Shown here: one piece after another, positions 56,340 to 64,000 of the stretch | How positions within the stretch are numbered: the stretch's first letter is position 1 | Layout: each line of letters starts with the position of its first letter | From: Phycisphaerales bacterium JB050 | GTDB taxonomy: Bacteria; Planctomycetota; Phycisphaerae; Phycisphaerales; UBA1924 | DNA: 64,000 nucleotides | Assembly (NCBI GenBank): GCA_043101125.1 | Contig: JBICHT010000088.1 | Coordinates: 145 to 64,144, forward strand | Direction: 5' to 3' | Translations under genes and position numbers: made by a program | Notes under the pieces: model-generated | What the model was told of the DNA's origin: nothing | What the model saw: the letters and a program-made list of their open reading frames with translations, nothing else | The model's database searches: none

Positions 56340-58682
56340 TTACCTCGACGCGTTCACATCGAAGCGGTCCAGCATCATCACCTTGTTCCATGCGTTGATG
56401 AAGTCGTGGACCATCCGCTCGTGCCCGTCGTCCGCGGCGTAGACCTCGGACAGGTTGCGCAGCGTCGTGTTCGAGCCGAACACCAGGTCGCAGCGTGTCG
56501 CGGTGTACTTGATCTCACCTGTTGCACGGTCCTTGATATGGAAGCTCGTTTCCGCCTTGTCGAGCGGTTCCCACAGGTAGTCCATGTTGCACAGCGTGGT
56601 AAAGAAGTCGTTGCTGAGCACGCCCGGACGATCGGTGAACACGCCGTGCTTGGAGTGATCGAAGTTCTGATCCAGCACACGCAGCCCGCCGACGAGAACC
56701 GTCCATTCCGGAGCAGACAGCGTCAGCAGGTTGGCCCGATCGAGGAAGATGCGCTCGGGGCTGACATCCATGCGAATGTTCTGGTTCACATAGTTGCGGA
56801 ACCCGTCGGCCACGGGTTGCAGCCATTCGAAGCTCTCCACATCGGTCTGGTCCTGCGTGCAGTCGGTGCGCCCGGGCGTGAACGGCACCGTGGCTTCAAC
56901 ACCCGCGTCCTTCGCGGCCTTCTCGACCGCGGCACAGCCGCCTAGCACGATCAGATCGGCCAGCGACACCTTCTTGTTGCCCGATTGAGCGCCGTTGAAT
57001 TCGCTTTGGACCTGACGCAGCACATCGAGGACCTTACTCAGCTCTTCCGGACGGTTGACCGGCCAATTCTTCTGCGGCTCGAGCGCCACGCGAGCACCGT
57101 TGGCGCCGCCGCGTTTGTCCGAATCGCGATAGGTCGAGGCCGAAGCCCACGCCGCGGAAACCAGCTGGGAGACGGACAGCCCCTTGCCGAGGATGGTGGT
57201 CTTCAGAGCGGCGATGTCCGCTTCGTCGATCAGGTCGTGATCGACGGGGGGGATGGGGTCCTGCCAGATCAGGTCTTCCTCCGGCACTTCCGGGCCGAGG
57301 TATCGAACCTTGGGCCCCATGTCACGATGGGTCAGTTTGAACCATGCGCGGGCGAAGCACTCGGAGAAGTAGTCAAAGTCCTCAACAAACCGCTCGCAGA
57401 TCCTCCGGTACTCGGGATCGACCTTCAGCGCGATGTCGGTGGCGAGCATCATGAGTTCGTTCTGCTTGCCGGGCTCGTGCGCATCGGGAGTTTTGGGTGC
57501 GTTGGGGTCCTTCGGTTTGTACTGGAGGCCGCCGGCGGGGCTGCGCGTCAGTTCCCAGTCAAACTTCAAGAGGTTTTCGAGGAAGGAATTGTCCCAACGG
57601 ATGGGGTTGGGGGTCCAGGCACCTTCGATACCGCTGGTCATGGCGTACTTCGCGTAGCCGGTGCCCTCTTCGTTCTGCCAGCCCAGGCCCATCGCGCTCA
57701 TGGGGGCGCCTTCGGGGGCCGGGCCGATCTTGTCGGCGGGCACCGCGCCGTGGCTCTTGCCGAACGCGTGGCCACCGGCGATGAGCGCGACGGTTTCTTC
57801 GTCGTTCATCGCCATACGCGCGAAGGTCTCACGGATGTCCGCGACCGATGAGTACGGGTCGCCATCGCGCTTCGGACCCTCGGGGTGGACATAGATGAGC
57901 CCCTGGAAACTGGCGGCCAGCGGGGCCTCCAGATCGTAGTTCTCGTCGCCGGGCTCACTGGTCCAGCGCTTGGTGCGGGTGACCATGTCGCCCGGGTGGT
58001 CGCCGGGCTGCGCATCGCGATCGTCGCGTTCACGAGCAAACTCGCCGACGCTCTTGCCATCCCAGAACTCACGCCCGAAGTAGATGCCGCGATCTGGCTC
58101 CCAGGTGTCGATACGCCCGCCGCCGAAGCCGAAGGTCTTGAGCCCCATGTCTTCAAGGGCGACATTGCCGGTGAGGATCATCAGGTCGGCCCAGGACAGC
58201 GCTGCGCCGTACTTCTTCTTGACGGGCCAGAGCAGACGCCGCGATTTATCGATGTTGCCGTTGTCGTCCCACGAGTTGGTCGGCGCGAACCGCTGCATCC
58301 CGGTGCTGGCCCCGCCTCGCCCGTCCGCGATGCGATAGGTGCCCGCGGCGTGCCAGGCCATGCGGACCATCTGAGGCCCGTAGTGCCCGTAGTCCGCCGG
58401 CCACCACGGCTGAGAGTCGGTGAGCACCGCGCGGATGTCTTCCTTGACCTGCTTCAGGTCGAGTTTCTGGAAGGCCTCGGCGTAATCCACCTCGCGCAGG
58501 GGGTTCGCCATGGGCGGGTTCTGGTGGAGCAATTCGACCTGGAGGCGGTTGGGCCACCAGTCGGAGATCTGCGGTGCGGTGCCGAGGGCGCCGCCGACGC
58601 GTCCTCCACGAAAAGGGCACTTGGAGGTCTGCTGCGACTGGTCGGAGGAGCTATGAATCAATGTCTTGTCCTTTCTGGGCAA
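56340..58682 (-). CDS. katG: catalase-peroxidase
   Basis: [15 protein letters not shown] and [10 protein letters not shown]. Two-domain length of 780 aa. The start is a TTG (58682 or 58661); there is no in-frame ATG nearby. Confidence 0.93.
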   Translation of the reverse strand: MPRKDKTLIHSSSDQSQQTSKCPFRGGRVGGALGTAPQISDWWPNRLQVELLHQNPPMANPLREVDYAEAFQKLDLKQVKEDIRAVLTDSQPWWPADYGHYGPQMVRMAWHAAGTYRIADGRGGASTGMQRFAPTNSWDDNGNIDKSRRLLWPVKKKYGAALSWADLMILTGNVALEDMGLKTFGFGGGRIDTWEPDRGIYFGREFWDGKSVGEFARERDDRDAQPGDHPGDMVTRTKRWTSEPGDENYDLEAPLAASFQGLIYVHPEGPKRDGDPYSSVADIRETFARMAMNDEETVALIAGGHAFGKSHGAVPADKIGPAPEGAPMSAMGLGWQNEEGTGYAKYAMTSGIEGAWTPNPIRWDNSFLENLLKFDWELTRSPAGGLQYKPKDPNAPKTPDAHEPGKQNELMMLATDIALKVDPEYRRICERFVEDFDYFSECFARAWFKLTHRDMGPKVRYLGPEVPEEDLIWQDPIPPVDHDLIDEADIAALKTTILGKGLSVSQLVSAAWASASTYRDSDKRGGANGARVALEPQKNWPVNRPEELSKVLDVLRQVQSEFNGAQSGNKKVSLADLIVLGGCAAVEKAAKDAGVEATVPFTPGRTDCTQDQTDVESFEWLQPVADGFRNYVNQNIRMDVSPERIFLDRANLLTLSAPEWTVLVGGLRVLDQNFDHSKHGVFTDRPGVLSNDFFTTLCNMDYLWEPLDKAETSFHIKDRATGEIKYTATRCDLVFGSNTTLRNLSEVYAADDGHERMVHDFINAWNKVMMLDRFDVNASR

Positions 58683-58748
58683 TCATGTTTTGGGAGTGGG
58701 ACAGAATGGGGCCGGAGTTCCCACAACCCACCCGAGGATAGCGCGGAT

Positions 58749-58764
58749 GATGCGAAATCGCATC
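58749..58764. promoter_or_regulatory. inverted repeat GATGCGA-AA-TCGCATC upstream of katG (candidate operator)
   Basis: Perfect 7-bp arms with a 2-nt spacer, 67 nt upstream of the katG start. Confidence 0.3.
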
Positions 58765-58954
58765 GCAGGCGCGCACTTTTTCGGGCTCAAAGTGTGATTG
58801 AGTTCACCCACAGCAACGAGCCACGGATCGAAGCCGGGTGTGCTGAACGAGTCGGTTTTCGGGTGCCTCAGGCAGATGTGTGCAAGAGGTGGGATTCAGG
58901 CTCGTTGAGGGGCTGAATCGTATGGATTCCATTTGTTCTGTCCGCGAGGCTCAC

Positions 58955-60151
58955 ATGCAGACATTCTTTTGGCATAGCGTGGGAGTTGCTCTCCTGCTGG
59001 TTGGGGCGCACGACGGTCTTGCGGGGGGAGAAGATGGAGTCTTCGATCCACCGAGCGGTTTGTATTGCAGTTGTCCGCCCACCACGCCGTTCGGCAACTC
59101 GGTCGTGCCGGAGGTCGCCGCCCTGGACTTCGTGGATGGCATTCTGGTGCGAGTCGGTTGGTCGCTCGTCGAGCCGTCGCCCGGTGAGTACGACTGGTCA
59201 CGCGTCGATCAACAACTGGAGGCCGCGGAGTCCTACGCCAAGCGTGTGTCGCTCGCGATCGTGAACGGGCCGGAATCACCGGAGTGGTTGGAGGGTTTCG
59301 GCGTCGAGATGTTCGACTACTCCTTCCATAAACAGGCTCGGAGCATGCCGGTTCCGTGGGATGCGGTCTACCTTGAGCGCTGGACCGCTTTCATCGGCGC
59401 GTTCGGAGAGAAGTACGCGAACGATGACCGCATCTCACTCGTGTACATCACCCACTCAAGCGCCAACGGATTCGAGATGCAGTTGCCCTTCTCGCCGCCA
59501 GATATCGTCAACTGGCAGGAGGCGGGGTACAACGATGCGTTGCTGATCGGGGCGTGGATGCAGACGATCGAAGCGTTCGCGGAGGCCTTTCCGCGGCACT
59601 CTCTCTCCCATGATGTGCACCCCGTGCTCGGGAGCAACACGGTCGCCGAACAGGTCGTTGCGTACACCGACGAAGACGGGCGGTACCGAGGTCGCGTCGG
59701 TGTTCTCGCGGCGTGGTGGATGGAGCACAACGCCCACGAGGTCTATCCCGACATGTACGAACTCCTCGGCGACGCGTCGTTCCGGAGCCACTCAGAGGTT
59801 CAGGTCGCCCGCAGTTTCACCAATACCCCGGTTCACTTCGGTCCGGAAGGGCTCGCCGGGGCGCTCGATCTCGCGCTGCTGTCAGGAATCCGGTACGCAG
59901 AAGTGTGGAACAGCGATTTGCTGAACCCAGACCTCCATCCGATGTTGACCGATCGCGGGGAGCAACTCAGGCGGCCGTTCTGCGACATCAACGCGGATGG
60001 CTCCGTCGATATCGACGACCTGTACGCGACCTACCCGGATGCCCCCGACCTCAACGCCGACGGCCAGGCGGATGATCTGGACCGAGCCATCGTCAGGCGT
60101 CGCCTGAGAGCGAGAGGGATCGAGGACTGCCTCACCCAACCAGCGGAGTGA
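58955..60151 (+). CDS. secreted TIM-barrel glycoside-hydrolase-like protein with C-terminal dockerin/EF-hand-like repeats
   Basis: Signal peptide MQTFFWHSVGVALLLVGAHDGLAG. The GILVRVGWSLVEPSPGEYDW motif resembles GH42/GH5-type barrels. The C-terminus has DINADGSVDIDDL and DLNADGQADDLD. ATG 58955 with a GAGG SD. Confidence 0.55.
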   Translation: MQTFFWHSVGVALLLVGAHDGLAGGEDGVFDPPSGLYCSCPPTTPFGNSVVPEVAALDFVDGILVRVGWSLVEPSPGEYDWSRVDQQLEAAESYAKRVSLAIVNGPESPEWLEGFGVEMFDYSFHKQARSMPVPWDAVYLERWTAFIGAFGEKYANDDRISLVYITHSSANGFEMQLPFSPPDIVNWQEAGYNDALLIGAWMQTIEAFAEAFPRHSLSHDVHPVLGSNTVAEQVVAYTDEDGRYRGRVGVLAAWWMEHNAHEVYPDMYELLGDASFRSHSEVQVARSFTNTPVHFGPEGLAGALDLALLSGIRYAEVWNSDLLNPDLHPMLTDRGEQLRRPFCDINADGSVDIDDLYATYPDAPDLNADGQADDLDRAIVRRRLRARGIEDCLTQPAE

Positions 60152-60379
60152 AGATCGTGGCTACTCAACGATGCGGGGCGATAGTCGCTCCATGCCCGTA
60201 AGAGAGGAATCCGGTTTGCGTCGTACGAAACCGGCGATTTCTGATTTTTGCAAAAAGCGTGGATGAAAGTGGGGGGGCGGGCCGTTTGCAGCCTGTCATG
60301 GGCGCCGATGCTGTTTCTGTGCCCTGTCTGTTGACGAGGTGATCGGCGCGATTGGTGCCGTTGAGTTCTGGAGTAGTGC

Positions 60380-61165
60380 ATGAAACGGTTTTGGTTGCTC
60401 GCTTGTGGTTTGGGAGCGTTGGCCGCGGCGTCCGCTGTGTTTCTCCAGCCAGAGGCACACGCGGAGAGCGGTTCTTCGGAATCGGACGGGGTTCGCCCGA
60501 AGATCATATTCTTCGATGTCAACGAGACCTTGCTCGATCTGGAATCGATGCGTGCTTCCGTCGGCGAGGCGCTCGATGGTCGTCAGGAACTGCTCCCGCT
60601 CTGGTTTTCCACGATGCTGCACTATTCGCTCGTGGATAGCGCGACCGGGCGATACCACAACTTCGGTGACATCGGTGTGGCGGCGTTGATGATGGTGGCG
60701 GAGACCAACGGAGTGGAGATCACCGAGCGCGAGGCCCGGGAATCGATCGTCACACCGCTTCGCAGTCTCCCCCCGCATCCGGATGTCAGGGCAGGTCTCG
60801 AAGCACTCAAGAAAGAAGGCTACACGCTGGTGAGTCTGACAAACTCCTCGAACAGCGGCGTGCAGACGCAATTCGAGAACGCGGGGCTCACGCATTTCTT
60901 CGATAGACGATTGAGCATCGAGGACATCAAACTCTACAAACCACATGTAGAGACATACCGGTGGGCCGCCGAGCAGATGGGGGTTCGGCCTGAAGAGGCG
61001 ATGATGGTCGCGGCCCACGGCTGGGACATCGCTGGTGCGAAGGCGGCGGGGATGCAAGCCGTGTTTGTCGCTCGCCCCGGAAAGGCGCAGTACGCCCTGG
61101 GCCTGCCCGCAGACCATTCGGTGGAAACCATCACCGAACTCGCGGACTGGCTCGGAGGCGACTGA
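60380..61165 (+). CDS. HAD-superfamily hydrolase, haloacid dehalogenase type II-like, with signal peptide
   Basis: FFDVNETLLDL (motif I), SLTNSS (II), YKPHVETY (III) and HGWDIAGA. N-terminal MKRFWLLACGLGALAAASAVFLQPEAHA. Confidence 0.8.
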   Translation: MKRFWLLACGLGALAAASAVFLQPEAHAESGSSESDGVRPKIIFFDVNETLLDLESMRASVGEALDGRQELLPLWFSTMLHYSLVDSATGRYHNFGDIGVAALMMVAETNGVEITEREARESIVTPLRSLPPHPDVRAGLEALKKEGYTLVSLTNSSNSGVQTQFENAGLTHFFDRRLSIEDIKLYKPHVETYRWAAEQMGVRPEEAMMVAAHGWDIAGAKAAGMQAVFVARPGKAQYALGLPADHSVETITELADWLGGD

Positions 61166-61396
61166 CCCCGTCTGGCCCGGCGCAATCGTGTGGAACAGCG
61201 GCCGCGGATATCCATCTCCGGGTGGCATGGTGTCCGCGTCGATTCCCAAAGGCCGAATCGCCTCCTGGAGCCATATCAGGATGACGCGTACGGGGTCCAC
61301 AGGTCATGACACGGGGCAGGATTCGGCGTAAACTACAGACCCGCCGCGTGGCGACGCCATCGCGGAGCATCGCAATGCATTGCCATGCAATGGTTT

Positions 61397-61468
61397 GCGG
61401 GTGTAGTTCAGTGGTAGAACGTCAGCTTCCCAAGCTGAATGTCGTCGGTTCGATCCCGATCACCCGCT
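61397..61468 (+). tRNA. tRNA-Gly (anticodon CCC)
   Basis: Manual cloverleaf: acceptor GCGGGTG/CACCCGC, D arm GTTC-AGTGGTA-GAAC, anticodon arm TCAGC-TTCCCAA-GCTGA, T arm GTCGG-TTCGATC-CCGAT, discriminator T. CCA is not encoded. Confidence 0.9.
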
Positions 61469-61674
61469 TTCACCGGCCACCGTCGCTCGTCGAGAGCATG
61501 GGGCCAAGCCCCTCCCTTCGGGGTGGCGAACATGTATCCCGAATCACGGTTTTCCCAGCACGACGGGGCCATTGTCTCGCCGGGCCCGGTGGCGATTCGA
61601 GTTACCGCTCCAAAACACCGTGGACTCAGCCCCCGCCGCACTCAGCAATATCTTCGCCATCCACTCGCGCCCTC

Positions 61675-61718
61675 AAAAAGCGTGCCTCCATGCTTGCTGG
61701 ATCGCAGCAGGGAGGCAC
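61675..61718 (-). terminator. rho-independent terminator after the quinone oxidoreductase gene
   Basis: GTGCCTCC...GGAGGCAC 8-bp stem extended by 4 more pairs. On the reverse strand it is followed by GCTTTTTGAGG. It lies 47 nt after the stop. Confidence 0.65.
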
Positions 61719-61764
61719 AGGTCGAGTGAGGCGGTTGGTGCGTGCGTTGCTAGGCGGAGCGTGA

Positions 61765-62754
61765 TCAGCCGTTCTCGATGACGACCTTGCCCATCGCCTT
61801 GCCACTCTCGAGGTGTGCGTGCGCGTCCCCGGCCTGATCGAGCGTGAAGCGTGATGCATCCAGGATCGGGGTCAATCCGCCCGCTTCGACGATCTGGGCC
61901 ACTGTGCGCAGGATCTCGGCGTGCGCTTCTCGTCCGACATCGTGAATCATCGGGATCAGCATGAACACGATGTGCAGCGTCAGGCCCTTCAGGTGCGCGC
62001 TCGTGAGGTCCAGTTCGCACATGGTGGTCGTGGTCACCACATCGCCGTTGAGTTTCACGGCCTCGAACGAATTCAGCATGTTCCGATCACCAACCGTGTC
62101 GAACACCACATCAAAGCCCGTGCCCCCCGTGTGCTTGGCGACATAGTCCCCGACGGTTTCGGTCTTGTAGTTGATCCCGGTCGCTCCGAGGCGCTCGATC
62201 AATTCGAGTTGAGGCGCGCCGCCGCCGGTCGAGTAAACCTCCGCACCAAGGTGCTTGGCAAGTTGCAAGGCGACATGCCCGACTCCGCCCGACCCACCGT
62301 GGACCAGCACCTTCTGCCCGGGCTTCACGCCCGCTCTGGTCACCCCTTCGTACGCGGTGATCGCCACGAGCGGCAGGGCAGCCGCCTCGCGCATGGATAA
62401 ATTCTTGGGTTTGTGGGCCATGAGCCGGCTGTCGGCGCAGATGTACTCCGCCAGAGTGCCCGGTAGGTCACCCAGGCCGCCCGCGCACCCGTACACCTCG
62501 TCTCCCGGTGCGAAGCCGGACACACCCTCCCCGACCGCTTCGACCGTGCCCGCGAAGTCCATCCCGAGAATCGCCGGGGTCTCCGGGGCAAGCCCGCCGG
62601 CCTTACCCATCTTGCGAATCTTCGTGTCCACGGTGTTCACGCTCGACGCGCTGATCTTCACCAACACATGACCCGGCTTCAGGGTCGGCTTGGGGGCCTC
62701 GCCCGGTTGCAAGGGGGCACCGTTGTCGTACGAGTTCAGAAGTACTGCTTTCAT
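61765..62754 (-). CDS. zinc-type alcohol dehydrogenase-like NADPH:quinone oxidoreductase (MDR family)
   Basis: VLVKISASSVNTVD, GMDFAGTV and the VLVHGGSGGVGHVALQLAK Rossmann motif. Confidence 0.88.
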   Translation of the reverse strand: MKAVLLNSYDNGAPLQPGEAPKPTLKPGHVLVKISASSVNTVDTKIRKMGKAGGLAPETPAILGMDFAGTVEAVGEGVSGFAPGDEVYGCAGGLGDLPGTLAEYICADSRLMAHKPKNLSMREAAALPLVAITAYEGVTRAGVKPGQKVLVHGGSGGVGHVALQLAKHLGAEVYSTGGGAPQLELIERLGATGINYKTETVGDYVAKHTGGTGFDVVFDTVGDRNMLNSFEAVKLNGDVVTTTTMCELDLTSAHLKGLTLHIVFMLIPMIHDVGREAHAEILRTVAQIVEAGGLTPILDASRFTLDQAGDAHAHLESGKAMGKVVIENG

Positions 62755-62815
62755 GAGAGTTCCTTAGATTCAGGGAGGAAGCGTGAGCGGAAAGAGATGG
62801 AAAGGGTCGTGTTCG

Positions 62816-63739
62816 TTATTCGGCAGGCGCGGCGACCAGTGAGAACGCGCCTTTGCCTCGCACATACAGCCAGCACGCTTCAGAAGCCGACATGGTGATG
62901 CGGGAGTTGGAACCGCCCGTCGCCCCAACGAAACTCCCGGGTTCAAGCGGCTGCGATTCCAGGCCCCCGCGCCGATGGAGAATCGCCTGCCCCTTGATGA
63001 CCACCGCGCGGAGCATGGGGTCATCGCTTTGCAGCGTGACGGTGCAGCCCGATGGCACACGGACCATCGCCCCGCTCGCGGACTCGTCCTGAGGATCGCC
63101 CCACAGGAAAGAGATCTTTGGTCCCTTGCCCGGCTGCACGCCGGCGGGCAGGGTGATTCTGTTGCTGCTGGAGGCATCGAGCCACACCATGTTGCCCGCG
63201 TGAAGATTCAGCGCACGCTCGCCGGTGTCCGATGCCTCTTCGGGCGGCATCACGAGGTACGGCCCATCCTGGATCTCGATGTACGCCAGTCGGCCATCCC
63301 CCCGCGCCGCGGTGATGTGGACCTCACCCGCCGGCTGGGTCCAGTATGAACCCGAGGGCATCCAGGATTCCTCGGCCTCGGGGTCGTCGTTGTGGATCAG
63401 CCCGTCGATCACGATGCCGCGATAGGTGATGTTGTGGATGTGGGGCGGCGACGAAAAGCCCTCCCCGAACCGCACCAGGAATCCCGTCGCGCTGGATCCG
63501 GTCCGATCGCCCCAGAGATCCCCCGCCCGCGGCCCGGCTGCGCCCCGGGCCGGATTCAGCGCTCCCCATTGCACATCAGAGGTGGTCACCACCCTCACAT
63601 CAGAGCCGACGCGTTCGAGCGTGCTGGAATCCTGGTGCGTTGCATCCATGCTCGCGCACCCGCCGAGCAGGAGCACCGGGACCGGTGCGAGCACACGAAG
63701 CAGGGGTCGGGTCGAGCTCGATGGGAAGGTCAGTGTCAT
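62816..63739 (-). CDS. cupin-fold lipoprotein (DUF4437-like, unverified)
   Basis: Lipobox LLLGGC after MTLTFPSSSTRPLLRVLAPVPV. SSPPHIHNITYRGIVIDG is a cupin-like motif. ATG 63739 with a GGGAG SD. Confidence 0.6.
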   Translation of the reverse strand: MTLTFPSSSTRPLLRVLAPVPVLLLGGCASMDATHQDSSTLERVGSDVRVVTTSDVQWGALNPARGAAGPRAGDLWGDRTGSSATGFLVRFGEGFSSPPHIHNITYRGIVIDGLIHNDDPEAEESWMPSGSYWTQPAGEVHITAARGDGRLAYIEIQDGPYLVMPPEEASDTGERALNLHAGNMVWLDASSSNRITLPAGVQPGKGPKISFLWGDPQDESASGAMVRVPSGCTVTLQSDDPMLRAVVIKGQAILHRRGGLESQPLEPGSFVGATGGSNSRITMSASEACWLYVRGKGAFSLVAAPAE

Positions 63740-63831
63740 CGCGGGGCTCCCGTTTATGGGCTGTTGAATTGGTTCGGTCATCTCGATCAGGCGAGACCGT
63801 ACGGCTATACTTCGCATTCGACAAGTACCCA

Positions 63832-63857
63832 CAAAAATGTAAGTATGAAGATTTTTG
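63832..63857. promoter_or_regulatory. inverted repeat CAAAAAT-N12-ATTTTTG in a divergent promoter region
   Basis: 7-bp perfect arms in the A+T-rich gap between the cupin lipoprotein gene and the HxlR-type gene. Confidence 0.3.
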
Positions 63858-63873
63858 ACCTACGGAGTTCGGC

Positions 63874-64000
63874 ATGGCGCGGAAATACAATTGGAAAACC
63901 GGCTGCGATGTGGAAGCGACGCTGAGCGTCATCGGCGGACGATGGAAGCCCGTGCTCCTCTGCCACTTGCTCGGCGGAAAGAAACGCTTCGGTGAGCTGT
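63874..64000 (+). CDS. HxlR-family transcriptional regulator (N-terminal 42 codons; runs off the right edge)
   Basis: Manual translation gives MARKYNWKTGCDVEATLSVIGGRWKPVLLCHLLGGKKRFGEL, the HxlR signature. GGAG lies 6 nt upstream. Confidence 0.8.
   Translation, partial: MARKYNWKTGCDVEATLSVIGGRWKPVLLCHLLGGKKRFGEL

Noticed and set aside
61397-61764. Genomic island integrated at tRNA-Gly
   Set aside because: There is no integrase, no phage or IS genes, and no repeated copy of the tRNA 3-prime end that I could see. The downstream genes (quinone oxidoreductase, cupin lipoprotein, HxlR) look like ordinary chromosomal genes, and a terminator for the convergent gene explains part of the gap.

Overview
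High-G+C bacterial chromosome segment (G+C judged by eye, not computed). The RRxFTLIE pseudopilins, CxxCxYDLxG zinc-ribbon membrane proteins and a Rho with a long basic N-terminal extension suggest the PVC superphylum, probably a Planctomycetota/Phycisphaerae-like organism; this is inference only. I call about 55 protein genes, one tRNA-Gly(CCC) and four rho-independent terminators (a possible fifth is noted under finding 58955..60151).

Most of the window is housekeeping: ileS (partial), aroK, ispG, rluA-like, trxB, aspS, lpxB, priA, rho, coaE and katG, plus transporters (MscS, ABC-2, DAACS, AGCS).

The accessory or unusual content is:
1. An 11-gene, tightly overlapping T2SS/T4P-like operon (13883..22664, minus strand). 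It is headed by a PilZ gene whose stop overlaps the GspE ATPase start. It contains no secretin and no prepilin peptidase.
2. A 1130-aa secretin about 23 kb away, next to an orphan STAS/RsbW-like pair.
3. Three single-domain PilZ genes, two of which overlap both ends of aroK.
4. A visibly lower-G+C ADP-ribosylglycohydrolase gene sitting between two 84-bp direct repeats that are duplicated copies of the coaE 5-prime end.
5. Several secreted or membrane proteins of unknown function.

I saw no CRISPR array, transposase, integrase or recognisable defence system, and I cannot point to an unambiguous new multi-gene system. The best candidates are listed as findings with modest scores. The many long antisense ORFs in the supplied track are high-G+C shadow ORFs and were rejected. 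Start codons were re-chosen where homology or a Shine-Dalgarno sequence argued against the longest ORF.
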